A stretch of DNA of 62,956 nucleotides, counting the filler, from Rhabdomonas costata (taxonomy: Eukaryota): assembly GCA_019059605.1 (NCBI GenBank). It is 49 parts of 49 records of this genome, joined end to end, with 100 filler letters (N's around TTAATTAATTAA, not from the genome) between each part and the next. Parts side by side here need not be neighbours in the genome. Positions count along the whole stretch, not along the records: positions 11,585 to 12,771 come from JAHMHO010024451.1; positions 12,872 to 14,059 come from JAHMHO010024452.1; positions 14,160 to 15,347 come from JAHMHO010024453.1; positions 15,448 to 16,634 come from JAHMHO010024454.1; positions 16,735 to 17,921 come from JAHMHO010024455.1; positions 18,022 to 19,208 come from JAHMHO010024456.1; positions 19,309 to 20,495 come from JAHMHO010024457.1; positions 20,596 to 21,781 come from JAHMHO010024458.1; 41 more parts are not named here. One strand, 5' to 3'. Shown here one piece after another: positions 12,028 to 23,395 of this stretch. Numbering within the stretch: position 1 is the stretch's first letter; each line of letters begins with the position of its first letter. Both the position numbers and the translations under genes were made by a program. Under the pieces are notes generated by a model. It ran no database searches. It saw only the letters and a program-made list of their open reading frames with translations, and was not told the DNA's origin.

Positions 12028-12871
12028 GTGTGTTAGCTTTTTGTTCAAGCTGTTGCCCCTTGCAGCGAACCGCCGCTCCGTTCATCTAATAAGCTTTCCT
12101 CATTTGTGAACAACGGCCACAGTTCCCCCCCCCCCGGGTACTCAATAGCAGCGGCACCATTGAGGCGGTGGCCGAAGTGGGCATGTAAGGTGGATGGTTG
12201 CGGAAAGTGGTGATCTCGGCGTGCAATTCTTGTGTGGACGGGGGACGCAGCACTTTGGAACTTTGTTATCATGTTCAGGTTGGTTTGTTTCACTGACGAA
12301 GTTCCCTCTGAGCACTCTGGTCCTGAGCACGTCGGGCTGGCTCGAATCATGCAGATCACACATAAATTTGCCGAATCCTTCCTAAATCACGATTTCTTGT
12401 TTTTGTACTGATTCACAGTTCTGGAGATAGAGCGTGTTCATCAGCTGGCCTAATTCAGAAAAAGCAAAGGAAGAGAGGTTCCTGGAATGAGAAAGAGTTT
12501 TGGGTGAGCTTTCAGCAAGACGCTGAGCTCTATGCCACCTTCCATGCTCTCCGTCAGGTCTCCCTACACTCTCTACCCCGGTTATCTGGACTTGCAAGTG
12601 GTACATGTGCCATCCTCCTACACCCCCGCATTACTGAGTGTAATCATTTTTTTGGTGGACCCTCCATACGGCCTTTTTCGTGCCGGCAAGGGGAAAGCCG
12701 GAGCAGATTCCTTATATCTCTCTCTTCTGCTTTTGCTTTTGGGTTCCTTTACACCCTGACTACCACCCCACNNNNNNNNNNNNNNNNNNNNNNNNNNNNN
12801 NNNNNNNNNNNNNNNTTAATTAATTAANNNNNNNNNNNNNNNNNNNNNNNNNNNNNNNNNNNNNNNNNNNN

Positions 12872-14059
12872 ACCCTACAGATGTGAAGAGTTTCCTCGTG
12901 CTGTGTGGGTTTTACCAGAGATTCGTGGAAGATTACGCAACAGTGTCAGCCCCAATGAAGGAGTTAATGAAGAAGAAGAAGAGACGGAGTGGGTGTGGAG
13001 CGAAGCTCAAGAGACGGCGTTTCAGAGGCTGAAAGCCAGACTTTTGAAACATCCAGTGTTAGTGGTTCCAGATTTTAAGAAGCCAATGGTGCTTCACACC
13101 GATGCTTCAGATATGGGGATCGGAGCGACGCTATCACAGCAATGGGAAGATGGCAAGATGCACTTGGTAGCATGTCGGTCTAGAAAGTTGTCCACAGCGG
13201 AAAAGAATTACCCTGTGCATGAGAAAGAAATGCTAGCGTTGGTGGACACGTTGGAAGGATGGAGGCATTACTTGCTGGGTTCAGATTTCAGAGTTCACAC
13301 GGATAACTTGGCGCTGAGCTATGTGCAGAAGAACCATAGGCCGTCGCCAAGGTGGTTGGAAAGACTCCAGAGGTATACGCTGAAGATTGCCCACATTCCA
13401 GGAAGGCAGAATGTCGCTGCGGATGCCTTGTATAGGCACCCAGTGGACGAAGCAAGCTTGGGAGCGATAGAATCGGAGTTGTGCTTTGCGACACTGAGAT
13501 TTTATGGACACTCTGTGCACCCCTGAGGGTAGCATCAGAGGGGGAGTCAGACGATTGGTGGCCAGATTACTGGTTAGACCTTGTAGTGAGGATGAGGTAC
13601 TTCAACTTGACTACAGCGGAGCTTTTGGATCCGACGAGGTTGCACCATTGCAGACTTTGGGAATCAGGGAAGATTGTGGTACCAATCCAGAGAGAACAAG
13701 AGGTGATTTCAAGGTACCACGACTCATCCGCGCAGGTCATTGGGGAATGGCCAGGACGGCAGCCCTGATCAAGCGGACGTACACGTTCAAGAACAACAAA
13801 ACAAAGTTACGAGCTTACGTGCGTACTTGTGATGTGTGTCAGAGATGCAAATCCGAGCATCATTTGCCGAGAGGTCGCACCCAGGTTTTGGAGCTGCCAG
13901 TGAGGAAATGGGAATCTATATCGATGGATTTTGTTTCCATGCCGCCAGGTCCGTGGAAGTTTTCTGGTAAAGGCTTGGAGGTGAACGAGGTGTTGACGGT
14001 CACGGATCGGGCAACCAAGATGGTGGTTCTGATACCATGCCACAATGAGATGAATGCCC
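12872..14059 (+). mobile_element. Ty3/gypsy LTR retrotransposon pol fragment (RT thumb, RNase H, integrase zinc finger and core start); frameshifted
   Basis: LHTDASDMGIGATLSQ, NYPVHEKEMLA, VHTDN, HIPGRQNVAADAL (RNase H); GHWG...CDVCQRCK and WESISMDFV (integrase). Motifs are split across frames. Confidence 0.95.
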
Positions 14060-14319
14060 NNNNNNNNNNNNNNNNNNNNNNNNNNNNNNNNNNNNNNNNN
14101 NNNTTAATTAATTAANNNNNNNNNNNNNNNNNNNNNNNNNNNNNNNNNNNNNNNNNNNNGTGTTGGTGTGTTTGGTTTGGGTGTTTTTGATCTCGCCAAT
14201 TTGCATTTTTCCTGTCCCTGCTTTTTTTCCTCGTTGCATAAAGTGCATCATATTTTTTCTGCAACGTCCTTGGGGAGTTGTGGAATCCTTTTTTTCTCAT
14301 TCGTCGTCCAACTGTGAAG

Positions 14320-14931
14320 GGAGCTCAAGAGGGCGAGGCCAGCTTGCGATCTCAACGTGGAGGCCTTCCAGGCGCAGATGAAGAACAAGATCTCCGCTGT
14401 TAACTTTCTGGTCCGGCTGGTCCAGGTTCCGAGTGAAAGGAGATATTTTGTGTGCAGAGTAGGGTTGGGTAGTAGGGCGGATGTCGGACGGTGGTTGTGT
14501 TTCACGTGCCCCGAGTGTGTTTCCTGTGTTGGGGAATTTTCTTGCACTTCTCAGATATGGAGGGTCCCTCCCCCACCCCCGCTTCACAACCTTTCTTGAC
14601 TGGTGGAATCGAAATGTTGGACCCCGCGAGACTAAATCACTGAGCATACGCGGGTTGACACCCGATCCTTCACACCCGATTTCTCTCTCCCTCTCTCGCT
14701 CGCTCGCTCGCTCTTCTTTCCCCTCCACCAGGGGTTTGAAACGCCAATTTTTCCAGTGGAGTATTTAATCAGCTCAAAGTTGAGTACTGTCGTGATCCAT
14801 TGTGACACTTGTGACCGTTTGCATTGGGACTGTCACCTCGCACTGTGCAGCACACAGAGCGGGTTTGGGAGGACCCTGAGGAGCGGGTGGCCGGGTTGAC
14901 AGCATTCCGGGACTGCCTCAGCTCCCTGCAG
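14320..14931 (+). CDS. Two putative exons (14320-14425, 14851-14931) of an unknown protein
   Basis: Frame-compatible GC-rich segments ELKRARPACDLNVEAFQAQMKNKISAVNFLVRLVQ|HTERVWEDPEERVAGLTAFRDCLSSLQ with GT-AG boundaries. Confidence 0.5.
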
Positions 14932-15538
14932 GTCCCAACCGCCCGCAGCTCCACCTCCAGCCCCATTTTATTTTTGGATGTCCGTCCGCGGCCTCGTTTT
15001 TGTTTCGTTTATGAAGAATAATAGCTGAAGCAGAGAAGCAGATGCATCTGGATGCAGAACCGGTGGCCGCTGGGGCTGCGGCTGTCTCGCGAGGCAAAAG
15101 GGGTGGCACAGTGCTTGGGGAGGGCATTCCCTGGCTTTGAGCAGAACTGCCGTGGGGAATGAGACTGCACCCCCACCGCGGGGAGTAGGTTAATTACGCG
15201 TCGGCTTAGCCGTCGCCTGAAGTGAGTGAGTTTGCTTCCCACCCCCGTCCTCCTCTCTGTCTGCGGGTGCTGGGCACTTTCGCATCCGCCGAAGGAGCAG
15301 TTCCCTCCTCAGCTCTTCCTCTTCGCACCGTTGTGGTCCCCCCACCCNNNNNNNNNNNNNNNNNNNNNNNNNNNNNNNNNNNNNNNNNNNNTTAATTAAT
15401 TAANNNNNNNNNNNNNNNNNNNNNNNNNNNNNNNNNNNNNNNNNNNNGGGGGGGTGGTGTACTCTGTTGCGCCGGCAGAGTCTTTTTTAATGGGGGCATT
15501 TACAAGATGGTGAGTGTGCATGTGCGTTTTGTATTCAG

Positions 15539-15691
15539 GGCGCCCCGGTGCTAGTGGTAGGCGACAACCTGGGTGAGGTTACCGTGCTGAAGCTCAACGG
15601 GGAGGAGTTTGAGGCTCCCCCAGGGACGCTGGGCGAGCAGCAGGCCCAGGAGGAAAGGCTGCTGAAGTACCTCCGCAAGAACACACAATAA
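15539..15691 (+). CDS. Terminal exon of a WD40 axonemal dynein intermediate chain-like protein
   Basis: After TATTCAG: GAPVLVVGDNLGEVTVLKLNG...QEERLLKYLRKNTQ*. PxLxVGDxxGxVxxLKL is typical of the last WD blade of dynein intermediate chains. Not in the ORF track. Confidence 0.6.
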   Translation, partial: GAPVLVVGDNLGEVTVLKLNGEEFEAPPGTLGEQQAQEERLLKYLRKNTQ

Positions 15692-16444
15692 GAAACTCCC
15701 ACCCTCCCGATCGTACGGGGCATGTCGAGGAGTGAGGGTTGTTATGGTAAAGAAATATACCGAGCAGTGGCTTGCGCTGGACTATGCATTAGTTGGATCG
15801 GAAAGAAAGGAGAGGACACACAGGATGTAGCAGCTTTCGCTCTGACAGTAGGATAGCCTCCCTTTCTGAAGTCCTTGCTCCCCCCTTTGCTGTTGTTTGC
15901 TCTCTGGGGATGGGAAGAAGGGGCGTGCAATGTATGTTCTGTGTTCTGTGTCTGTGCTGTAGCCCAGCTTCCCAGAACAATCCCCGCACTGTGCTGTGCC
16001 GTGGTGTGCGTCCGCCCGAAGTAGAGCAGAGATGTCCTTCGTGCTTGTCTCCGCCCCTTTTCTACTGACCTGTGGCATTTGTTGTTGCTGTAATTTTACA
16101 TGGTTCTTCTTGGCCTTCGGGAATCACCCTTTAAACCATCAGCGCACTCTGGCTGTGCTGGCGATTTCGGATGAATGTGCACTTGGTCCTCGCTGCACGC
16201 TTCCATACGCAATCTCATTTGCGATCTCATTTCATACCGCCAACGCTGTATGGCGAACGGGTGAGAACGGGCCCATGTAATTGCTCAGGTATGCTCACTA
16301 CGGCGATGCGTTTTGCTATTCTGCTCCTGTGCTTCTTGCCATCAAGGTTTGGCCTTCTTTCCGCCCTTTCCCACTGTCTCCTCTGCTTGAGGCGTGAAAC
16401 GGAAAGGGGCTTGCGTGCTTGCGTGCGTGTGTGTGCGTGTGCGC

Positions 16445-16627
16445 GGTTGACGCACAAGGAGTGGTTCAGAGGGTCTCGTCACAAGATACAAGATGTTCTT
16501 CATCTCCACCCGCAGTGCCGCAAGGTGCCGTGTCCACGGCAGTGGTGCCCCTCCAGCCCAGGGTGGAGATGAAGAACATCTTGTATCTTGTGACGAGACC
16601 CTCTGAACCACTCCTTGTGCGTCAACC
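16445..16627. repeat. Perfect inverted repeat (67-bp arms, 16445-16511 and 16561-16627) at a contig end
   Basis: Exact reverse-complement arms around a 49-nt loop. Confidence 0.95.
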
Positions 16628-16763
16628 ACACACCNNNNNNNNNNNNNNNNNNNNNNNNNNNNNNNNNNNNNNNNNNNNTTAATTAATTAANNNNNNNNNN
16701 NNNNNNNNNNNNNNNNNNNNNNNNNNNNNNNNNNGCACGGCCTCTGGCTTGACTTCCCCTCAG

Positions 16764-16916
16764 CACGCACTTTCGGACCTTTTTGACATCTACATCCGGT
16801 GTCTTCTTGCGGGCACCCCGTTTCCTCCCGAGCAGATCCCCTTGGACGCCGTGGTGGCAGATCAGTCCGCGTGCACCCCAGAGGCTGCCGATGTGGCCCA
16901 GGCTTTATCCGCCTTG
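16764..16916 (+). CDS. Putative internal exon, unknown protein
   Basis: CCTCAG acceptor, 51 open codons (HALSDLFDIYIRCLLAG...ALSAL), GTGCGA donor. Confidence 0.5.
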
Positions 16917-17235
16917 GTGCGAGTGGTGCAGATTTACCCCAATGGGCTGGAGATTCCGTTCAAGCTGTGAGTCCTCACTGGCTTCTTCCTGGGGTTCTGT
17001 TAGTAAGGGCATCCTTGCAATGGCTCTTCTTTCTGGTTGGCCTTCTTCACATGCTTGGAATTCAGCCCCTGCCGCATCACTGGGGGTTGTGTGTTTGGGT
17101 GTGCTTTGCCCCTAGATATCGACCTTGGGGTTGTGCAGATTTACCCCAGTGGCCGGGAGACTTCGGGCTTGATACTTCTTCGATCCTGAGATGTATGGGC
17201 ATCAGCCCGTGCCCGTGTACCTTCTGCGAGTGTTT

Positions 17236-17288
17236 GTGTTTCAGTGTGTTTCAGTGTGTTTCAGTGTGTGTCAGTGTGTTTCAGTGTG
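17236..17288 (+). repeat. Minisatellite (TTTCAGTGTG)n
   Basis: About five tandem copies, read directly from the sequence. Confidence 0.85.
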
Positions 17289-18021
17289 GTTGTGTGTGCA
17301 TGTGTGTGTACGTGTGGGTGCGCGCGTGCGCAAGTGAGAAGGAGTGCTGGGAAGCGAAGGAAAGCACACACAAAGAGTGTAGGAAGAGTGTAGGCTTACA
17401 CAAGGTCGTAAACCTTTTAGTTCGGCCTTCTTCGGGACTTCGGTTTGCCATCCTTGTGCCAGTTCTTCACGTTCAATGGCCTTCCTAACGTGCGTGGGCT
17501 TCAGCCCGTGCCCCAAGACTTGCGGTTGTGTGCTTGAGCTTCTTGCTACCCCAATGTCGACTTTTGGAGTTCCTTTCAAAGCTCGCCGCCAGCTCACTGT
17601 GTTTACTTTTTTTTCAGGAAGGCTGGCCGCAGTTGGAAATGTAAACTGTGGTGAGAACATCCATGCAATGGTGCCTTTTTGCTTCCGTTGGCTCCGGAGA
17701 GGTTTGCTGTGTGTGCGCTTGCCCCAGTTTGGGGTTTTGGTGTTCTGTCTACAAACACAACCATCGCCCGTGTGAAATCCGTGAGGAGCCGATTGCCGCC
17801 GCGCTTTATACTGGCTCCTTACCTGCCTCGGGGTTTCCCGACGCACACACACGCACTGTGCATGATATCAACCACAGCGCATTTTTCCGCGTTGCCACCA
17901 CCCACCAACCACACCCAACACNNNNNNNNNNNNNNNNNNNNNNNNNNNNNNNNNNNNNNNNNNNNTTAATTAATTAANNNNNNNNNNNNNNNNNNNNNNN
18001 NNNNNNNNNNNNNNNNNNNNN

Positions 18022-19075
18022 GTTGTGTTGGACGTCCTGAAACGGCCCGGGCGGGCGCGAAAGGATGCGACGGAGCGTCTTCTCCGTCGGCGCCTTTCCC
18101 TTTTAGATGCTGGTCGCCTTGGGGAATTGTGGCAAGCCTTGGCCAGTGCACAGAAGCCACGCGGCAGGAAGAAGGAAGCAACAACTGATAACGGGCCCTC
18201 CCCACTACCACTACATACTGTAAAGGCGCTCGTCGCTGCGGGATATGTCTCCAAGGTATGCAAAAAGCTCTGCGCTCGGGGGGTTGCCCCCGCCATTACG
18301 ACGACAAAGCCAAGGCTGGACTCGCTGTTCCCAACCACCTTTCAACTTGCTGCACCAGCATCCCCGTTGCCAGCAACCGAATCGACTGCGGAGGAGTTAA
18401 TGAACTCCTGCGACGGGAACCAACTGGAGTGGCTCCGGATGGCCTTCGCTGGGAACATCTAAAGCTTTTCCTTCGACTTCCCTTGCGAGCCTAATTCAAA
18501 GAGTTTGTCGAAGCCTCGGAACAGTTCACGAACCTCCTGCTCAGCGGGCTTCTCCCGGCGTCCGTACGCATGGTGCTGATGGTCGGTCAGGTTATTCCGC
18601 TGAACAAGAAAGACGGAGGTATTCGCCCTGTGGGTCTTGGTGAAATCCTTCGTCGTCTGGCACACAAGGCCTTGCTTCGTTCACTTGGCGAAGAGTTAGC
18701 TTCTCTGGGACCATCAGTGCAGCTCGGGCTCAACAAGGACAACTGGATCTCAAGAACGCATTCAACGCGCTTTCTCGGGATGCGGTTGTCAGAGCCGCGG
18801 AAGAACTGCTTCTCTCTGCAGCGCCATATCTCCGGTAGTTCCTTTCAGTTGCAGCTCCCGTCTGGTATCAGGACCTTCTCTTGCATCCGACCATGGGCAT
18901 TCCTCAAGGTGACCCACTGAGCCCCCTTCTGTTTGACTTGGCAACGCTCTCCGTTATCCGAGCGGTAGATTCTGCGGCATCTGTCAAGCAGTCTTGGTTT
19001 CACGACGACGTTCTGCTTTTGGTCGATTCGTGAGTCCGCCCGTCTCGCGGCATTGATCACTCTCATCTAATCTGA
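18022..19075 (+). mobile_element. Non-LTR retrotransposon reverse transcriptase, CRE/SLACS-like; degenerate
   Basis: KKDGGIRPVGLGEILRRL, LDLKNAFNA, GIPQGDPLSPLLF and WFHDDVLL, interrupted by frameshifts, stops and a deletion before DLKNAFN. Confidence 0.85.
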
Positions 19076-19321
19076 CACTTGAGACACCCTCACCTGATCT
19101 GGGTGCGGACCCTAATTTCTATGGTCGTCTTCTCGAAGCAGTTAGGCAAAGGTTTCTTCAGCGGGTCGGTGCCTCATACCTGCTTCTCCCTTCCTTCTCA
19201 CCAAAACANNNNNNNNNNNNNNNNNNNNNNNNNNNNNNNNNNNNNNNNNNNNTTAATTAATTAANNNNNNNNNNNNNNNNNNNNNNNNNNNNNNNNNNNN
19301 NNNNNNNNGTGTTGTTGGTGC

Positions 19322-20215
19322 CTGGCAAGGGGTCCGGGAAGACGTCCTCCTCCCGCCAGTCGTCACACGTGTCGTTGGGCGGGATCAGCGCCTTGCACCG
19401 CAAGGAGTTGACCTGTCCCAGGGGAAGAGGGATGACCGGAGTGGGCATATCCAGCGCCGTGTTTCGTCCATTTCGTTTCGGTGTTGTTGTTTATGGTTAT
19501 CGGATGCTTTCCGGCAGCTGAAATCGTTTTCTTGGAAATGGAGACAACAACCCTGGGACGTAAAAGTAGCATGAGAGAACGTTGTGAGGCCTCTCCTTAA
19601 TCCGGAGTTTTCGCTCACGGTAGTGGAACTTTGGCGGAGCACATCGTCATTTGGAGCGCAACGGAGCACATCATCACGCTGTCCAGCGCACAATACAACA
19701 GCCGTAATGATACGACGAGGAGGACAGTTTGAGGGGAGGTATGTGTAGCTTTCTTCCCCAGCGATGAGTGGGATTGAAACAACTTCGAACACCACACAGG
19801 AGGCGACCTTCCGACATTGTTTAGTGCGGTGCGCTATTGGGGGCACTCCAAAGGAGGAAAGAGCGAGCACGCACCATGCCATCCGAGAGATGAAACCCTT
19901 TCCCTTCACGACACAGACATGCGAAAACTCTGGATAGTCATCACTTGTGGGAAATTCCCTCTTTTTGCTGTTAACTGCGGGGGACGGAACGAAGGGATCC
20001 AACCCAAGAGAAGGCATGGCGGGATTGGGGAGGGGGTGCGATTGCACCTTGGTGCACAGTGTCCAATCCTCTGCAGAGGCCCCTGGAATGGTGGTAACCT
20101 GGGACACGGCGGAAGTGGAGAGCTCCCCCATGGCGGCCAGCATGGCGGAGGCCACGGGGGCCAGCTTGGAGTCTGCGCCCCGCAGCCGCTCGGTGACGAA
20201 CTCCAGGGCTTGGTG
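19322..20215 (-). CDS. Two putative exons (20099-20215, about 19322-19412) of an unknown protein
   Basis: Phase-0 compatible GC-rich segments HQALEFVTERLRGADSKLAPVASAMLAAMGELSTSAVSQ|VNSLRCKALIPPNDTCDDWREEDVFPDPLP with a GT-AG intron. Confidence 0.5.
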
Positions 20216-20609
20216 CTGAGTAAGCAGACCCACCCCACAAGGTTAGCGCAAACCACTATCCTTCATACGAACATATGCGATAGTTCATGAGTCATAGCAG
20301 CAACGTTCGCAATTTTCCTGGAAGCAGAGCTGCCATTACAGAAAGTGAAAAAAAAAATGTAAAACTGGAAGCCGAAAAGAATCTGAGTTATCAAACAGCA
20401 ACAGTCCTCCAAAAATGAGAAAAGGAGGGGGAGGGGGGGACATGAAAGGAGATGTGTGGCGATAGCACAGGGGAAAGCAAGTGAGCAACACACACNNNNN
20501 NNNNNNNNNNNNNNNNNNNNNNNNNNNNNNNNNNNNNNNTTAATTAATTAANNNNNNNNNNNNNNNNNNNNNNNNNNNNNNNNNNNNNNNNNNNNTGTGT
20601 GTTTTGTTG

Positions 20610-20811
20610 GTGGGGGTGCCTGGAGGCCGTGCTGACGCGGTACCCCGACGACGTGCCCAGTTCCGCGCAGGAGGGGATCGCCATGGTGGTGCTGCAGGCC
20701 CTAGCCCCGGACCGGGTCACTGTGGAGGCCCTGAGGTTCGCCGCGGGGGCGTTCCACGCGTACCCCTTGATCTGCGCCAGCTTCGCGTTCCGTGGAGGGG
20801 TAGCTGCCCTG
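20610..20811 (+). CDS. Partial exon of an unknown helical-repeat-like protein
   Basis: High-GC3 open segment CLEAVLTRYPDDVPSSAQEGIAMVVLQAL...GGVAAL ending at donor GTATGG. Confidence 0.5.
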
Positions 20812-21457
20812 GTATGGTTATACAAACACACGCACACCCCCCCCCCTGTACGCCCACTAATCAAAACGAGCATGTGCGATTTAGCACACTCACCTATTCT
20901 CACGATGATAAAAAATCATTTGCTGTCGCAAAACTTCACACGTTTTTTAGCAAAACAAAAAATGACTGACTTTCCATGGCGTAAACCCATCGTAATACTG
21001 CACACCCTTTGTACATGTGGATAATGCGGAGTCAAGCGCCAGGTTTGCGGGGCAGCTAGCCAGTGATCTTCTCGTTATTTGAGTGGTTTCCCTATCACTT
21101 TTCAGATTCAGGTTATTTCCACGGCCGACCCTGAGGCAGCCATTGACCAGCAAGAGCTGGGATTCCTATGCTTGGCTGAGGTATTTGACCATCCCTCAAA
21201 TTACCGCTTGTCTGACACTGAAACCAAATATTTGGGGGAGTGAGGCGGATTTCTGTGAATGCAAGAGGAGCTTTTTGCTTGCAGTTTGACACTGGAATGG
21301 CAGCTTCCAGCTTCTGCCAAGTTATGGTCCCTTGAGGCCGTTTTGTGTTCTTTTTCAACTTTGCCGCGTTTCCAAGCCCTGAGTTTTGGGACCATTTGCA
21401 GACCTGCACACCGAGCTTACGCGTAAGGAAACCAAGGTACACACTACGAACAGAACC

Positions 21458-21556
21458 AGAGAGCATGGTTGATGAAGATGGAGAGCATGGTAGAGAGTGA
21501 GCATGGTTGACCGACACACAGAACCTGAGAGCATGGTTGATAGAGAGCATGGTTGA
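21458..21556 (+). repeat. Degenerate tandem repeat with core GAGCATGGT (about 5 copies)
   Basis: Read directly from the sequence. Confidence 0.8.
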
Positions 21557-22831
21557 CACACACACGATACCTGGATGCCTGGATGCCAACTTGGGAGTGC
21601 AAAGCCGGATAGCATGGAACCTTTCACGAACACCACAACAAGCAACCAACACCAACACCAACACCGCCCATGTACACATAGAGAAGCAAGATGGAGCACC
21701 GAAGGCAACGAGCAACAAACCCCAAGTCAAGCACACCATCCACACCTACGTACTCCGCCGAACCCATAGCACCACCCACCCNNNNNNNNNNNNNNNNNNN
21801 NNNNNNNNNNNNNNNNNNNNNNNNNTTAATTAATTAANNNNNNNNNNNNNNNNNNNNNNNNNNNNNNNNNNNNNNNNNNNNTCCGTGCTTCCGTGCTTTT
21901 TGCGTGACAACCCCTTAGAAATTACCACAGTGGCGCCCAACAGCCACGCGCACAAAACGAACGCAAAGATGTGTCACAGGCAGAGAAAACAAGGACACCA
22001 CAATTATTTGGTATTTTACAAACCTGGACTAACTTTTATTCTTTGCCGGCGGGGCAGGGTATAAAAAAAAACATCGGTGCGCCCCCTTCATGCGCCGTGG
22101 TGTGTGTGGTGCCAATTGACATCAATCCGCCCCACGTTCCCTGGATTCCTTCCCTGCCCGATGCGCCCAAATTAGGTCGTACACTTCCTCTCTTTCCGCG
22201 ACCCGCGAAATGATACGTGTTACTCCCCTACCCCAACGTAGCTCGCTCCTCTTGCCGTGGCAGGCTTAGTCGCCAATCCCTCCTCTACTCCGATATTGCG
22301 GGAACACTTACGTGGCTGGATCCAGCCCGCGTTAGACTACATCACGACCTTGCTTGCACAAGGTGGGCGCTTGACTTACCTAGGTGACTCTCACCTAGAC
22401 CGTGGCTTCCCTTCTTCACTTCCGGGATGTCGCTGTGGATCTGCTTTCCTTCATGTCGCCTTTCAGTAATGGAGGGGGGGGCGCCGACCACTTGCCTTCA
22501 CAAATACGGTTTGGAATCTGGAAACCTTTTTTGGCACAGCTTCTGCTGATGCACGTGTGGCTCCTGGGGTGGTGGGTGCTCTGCCCACACGTGGGGTCGA
22601 ACTTTCGGGCCTTAGGGCTCACACCTTCTGGGTTTTTTGGAGGGGTTCCGCTGGGCGGGTCTCGCCGCTCATGCCTGTCCCCGACAAAGCGAAGGATGTG
22701 GAAGGGGCACACGACTACACACACCCTGTACTGTGTAACACTGCAGAGTTCCCACCCCTCACGCTCTGCAAACCCACCGCCCTCGGTACCCTCTGCAAGG
22801 CCCTCCTGGTCTCCGCTCGGCTTTGGCCTGC

Positions 22832-23062
22832 GGCTCTGCTGTGGTTCTTTAAGGGCACCTCTGTAACAACAAAAAGCGAAAAGCAACGAGAAAAACACTC
22901 TGGAAAACAAACGACATGACGACGTTTTGGATTTCTTCAACACCTAACGTTAAAATTTGAAATCCAAAACGTCGTCATGTCGTTTGTTTTCCAGAGTGTT
23001 TTTATCGCTGCTTTTCGCTTTTTGTTGTTACAGAGGTGCCCTTAAAGAACCACAGCAGAGCC
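22832..23062. repeat. Inverted repeat (about 102-bp arms, 22832-22933 and about 22961-23062) at a contig end
   Basis: Reverse-complement arms with two internal mismatches (AAGCAACGAGAAAA vs AAGCAGCGATAAAA). Confidence 0.9.
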
Positions 23063-23290
23063 AACACANNNNNNNNNNNNNNNNNNNNNNNNNNNNNNNN
23101 NNNNNNNNNNNNTTAATTAATTAANNNNNNNNNNNNNNNNNNNNNNNNNNNNNNNNNNNNNNNNNNNNTTTTTGTGTTTCCACTCCCACCTCTTGCAGTT
23201 GCTCTTGCTGTAGAGGTGACGACGGGGCTTTTGTTTTTTGGCCCCGCTTTCTTTCGTTCCCCCTCTACAAACGTGTGTCTGTGTGTGGAC

Positions 23291-23395
23291 CTCGGGTTTG
23301 AATGATTTTTGCAGTAGCTCCAAGATCTGCGCCAGCTGCAAGTTCTCCGCCTGAAGCAGAGATGTCAGCGCGGCGGTCTCTTCTAGGCTTAACAT
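23291..23395 (-). CDS. First exon, possibly CCR4-NOT subunit 11-like
   Basis: MLSLEETAALTSLLQAENLQLAQILELLQKSFKPE, then donor GTCCAC. Loosely resembles recalled CNOT11 N-termini. Confidence 0.4.
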
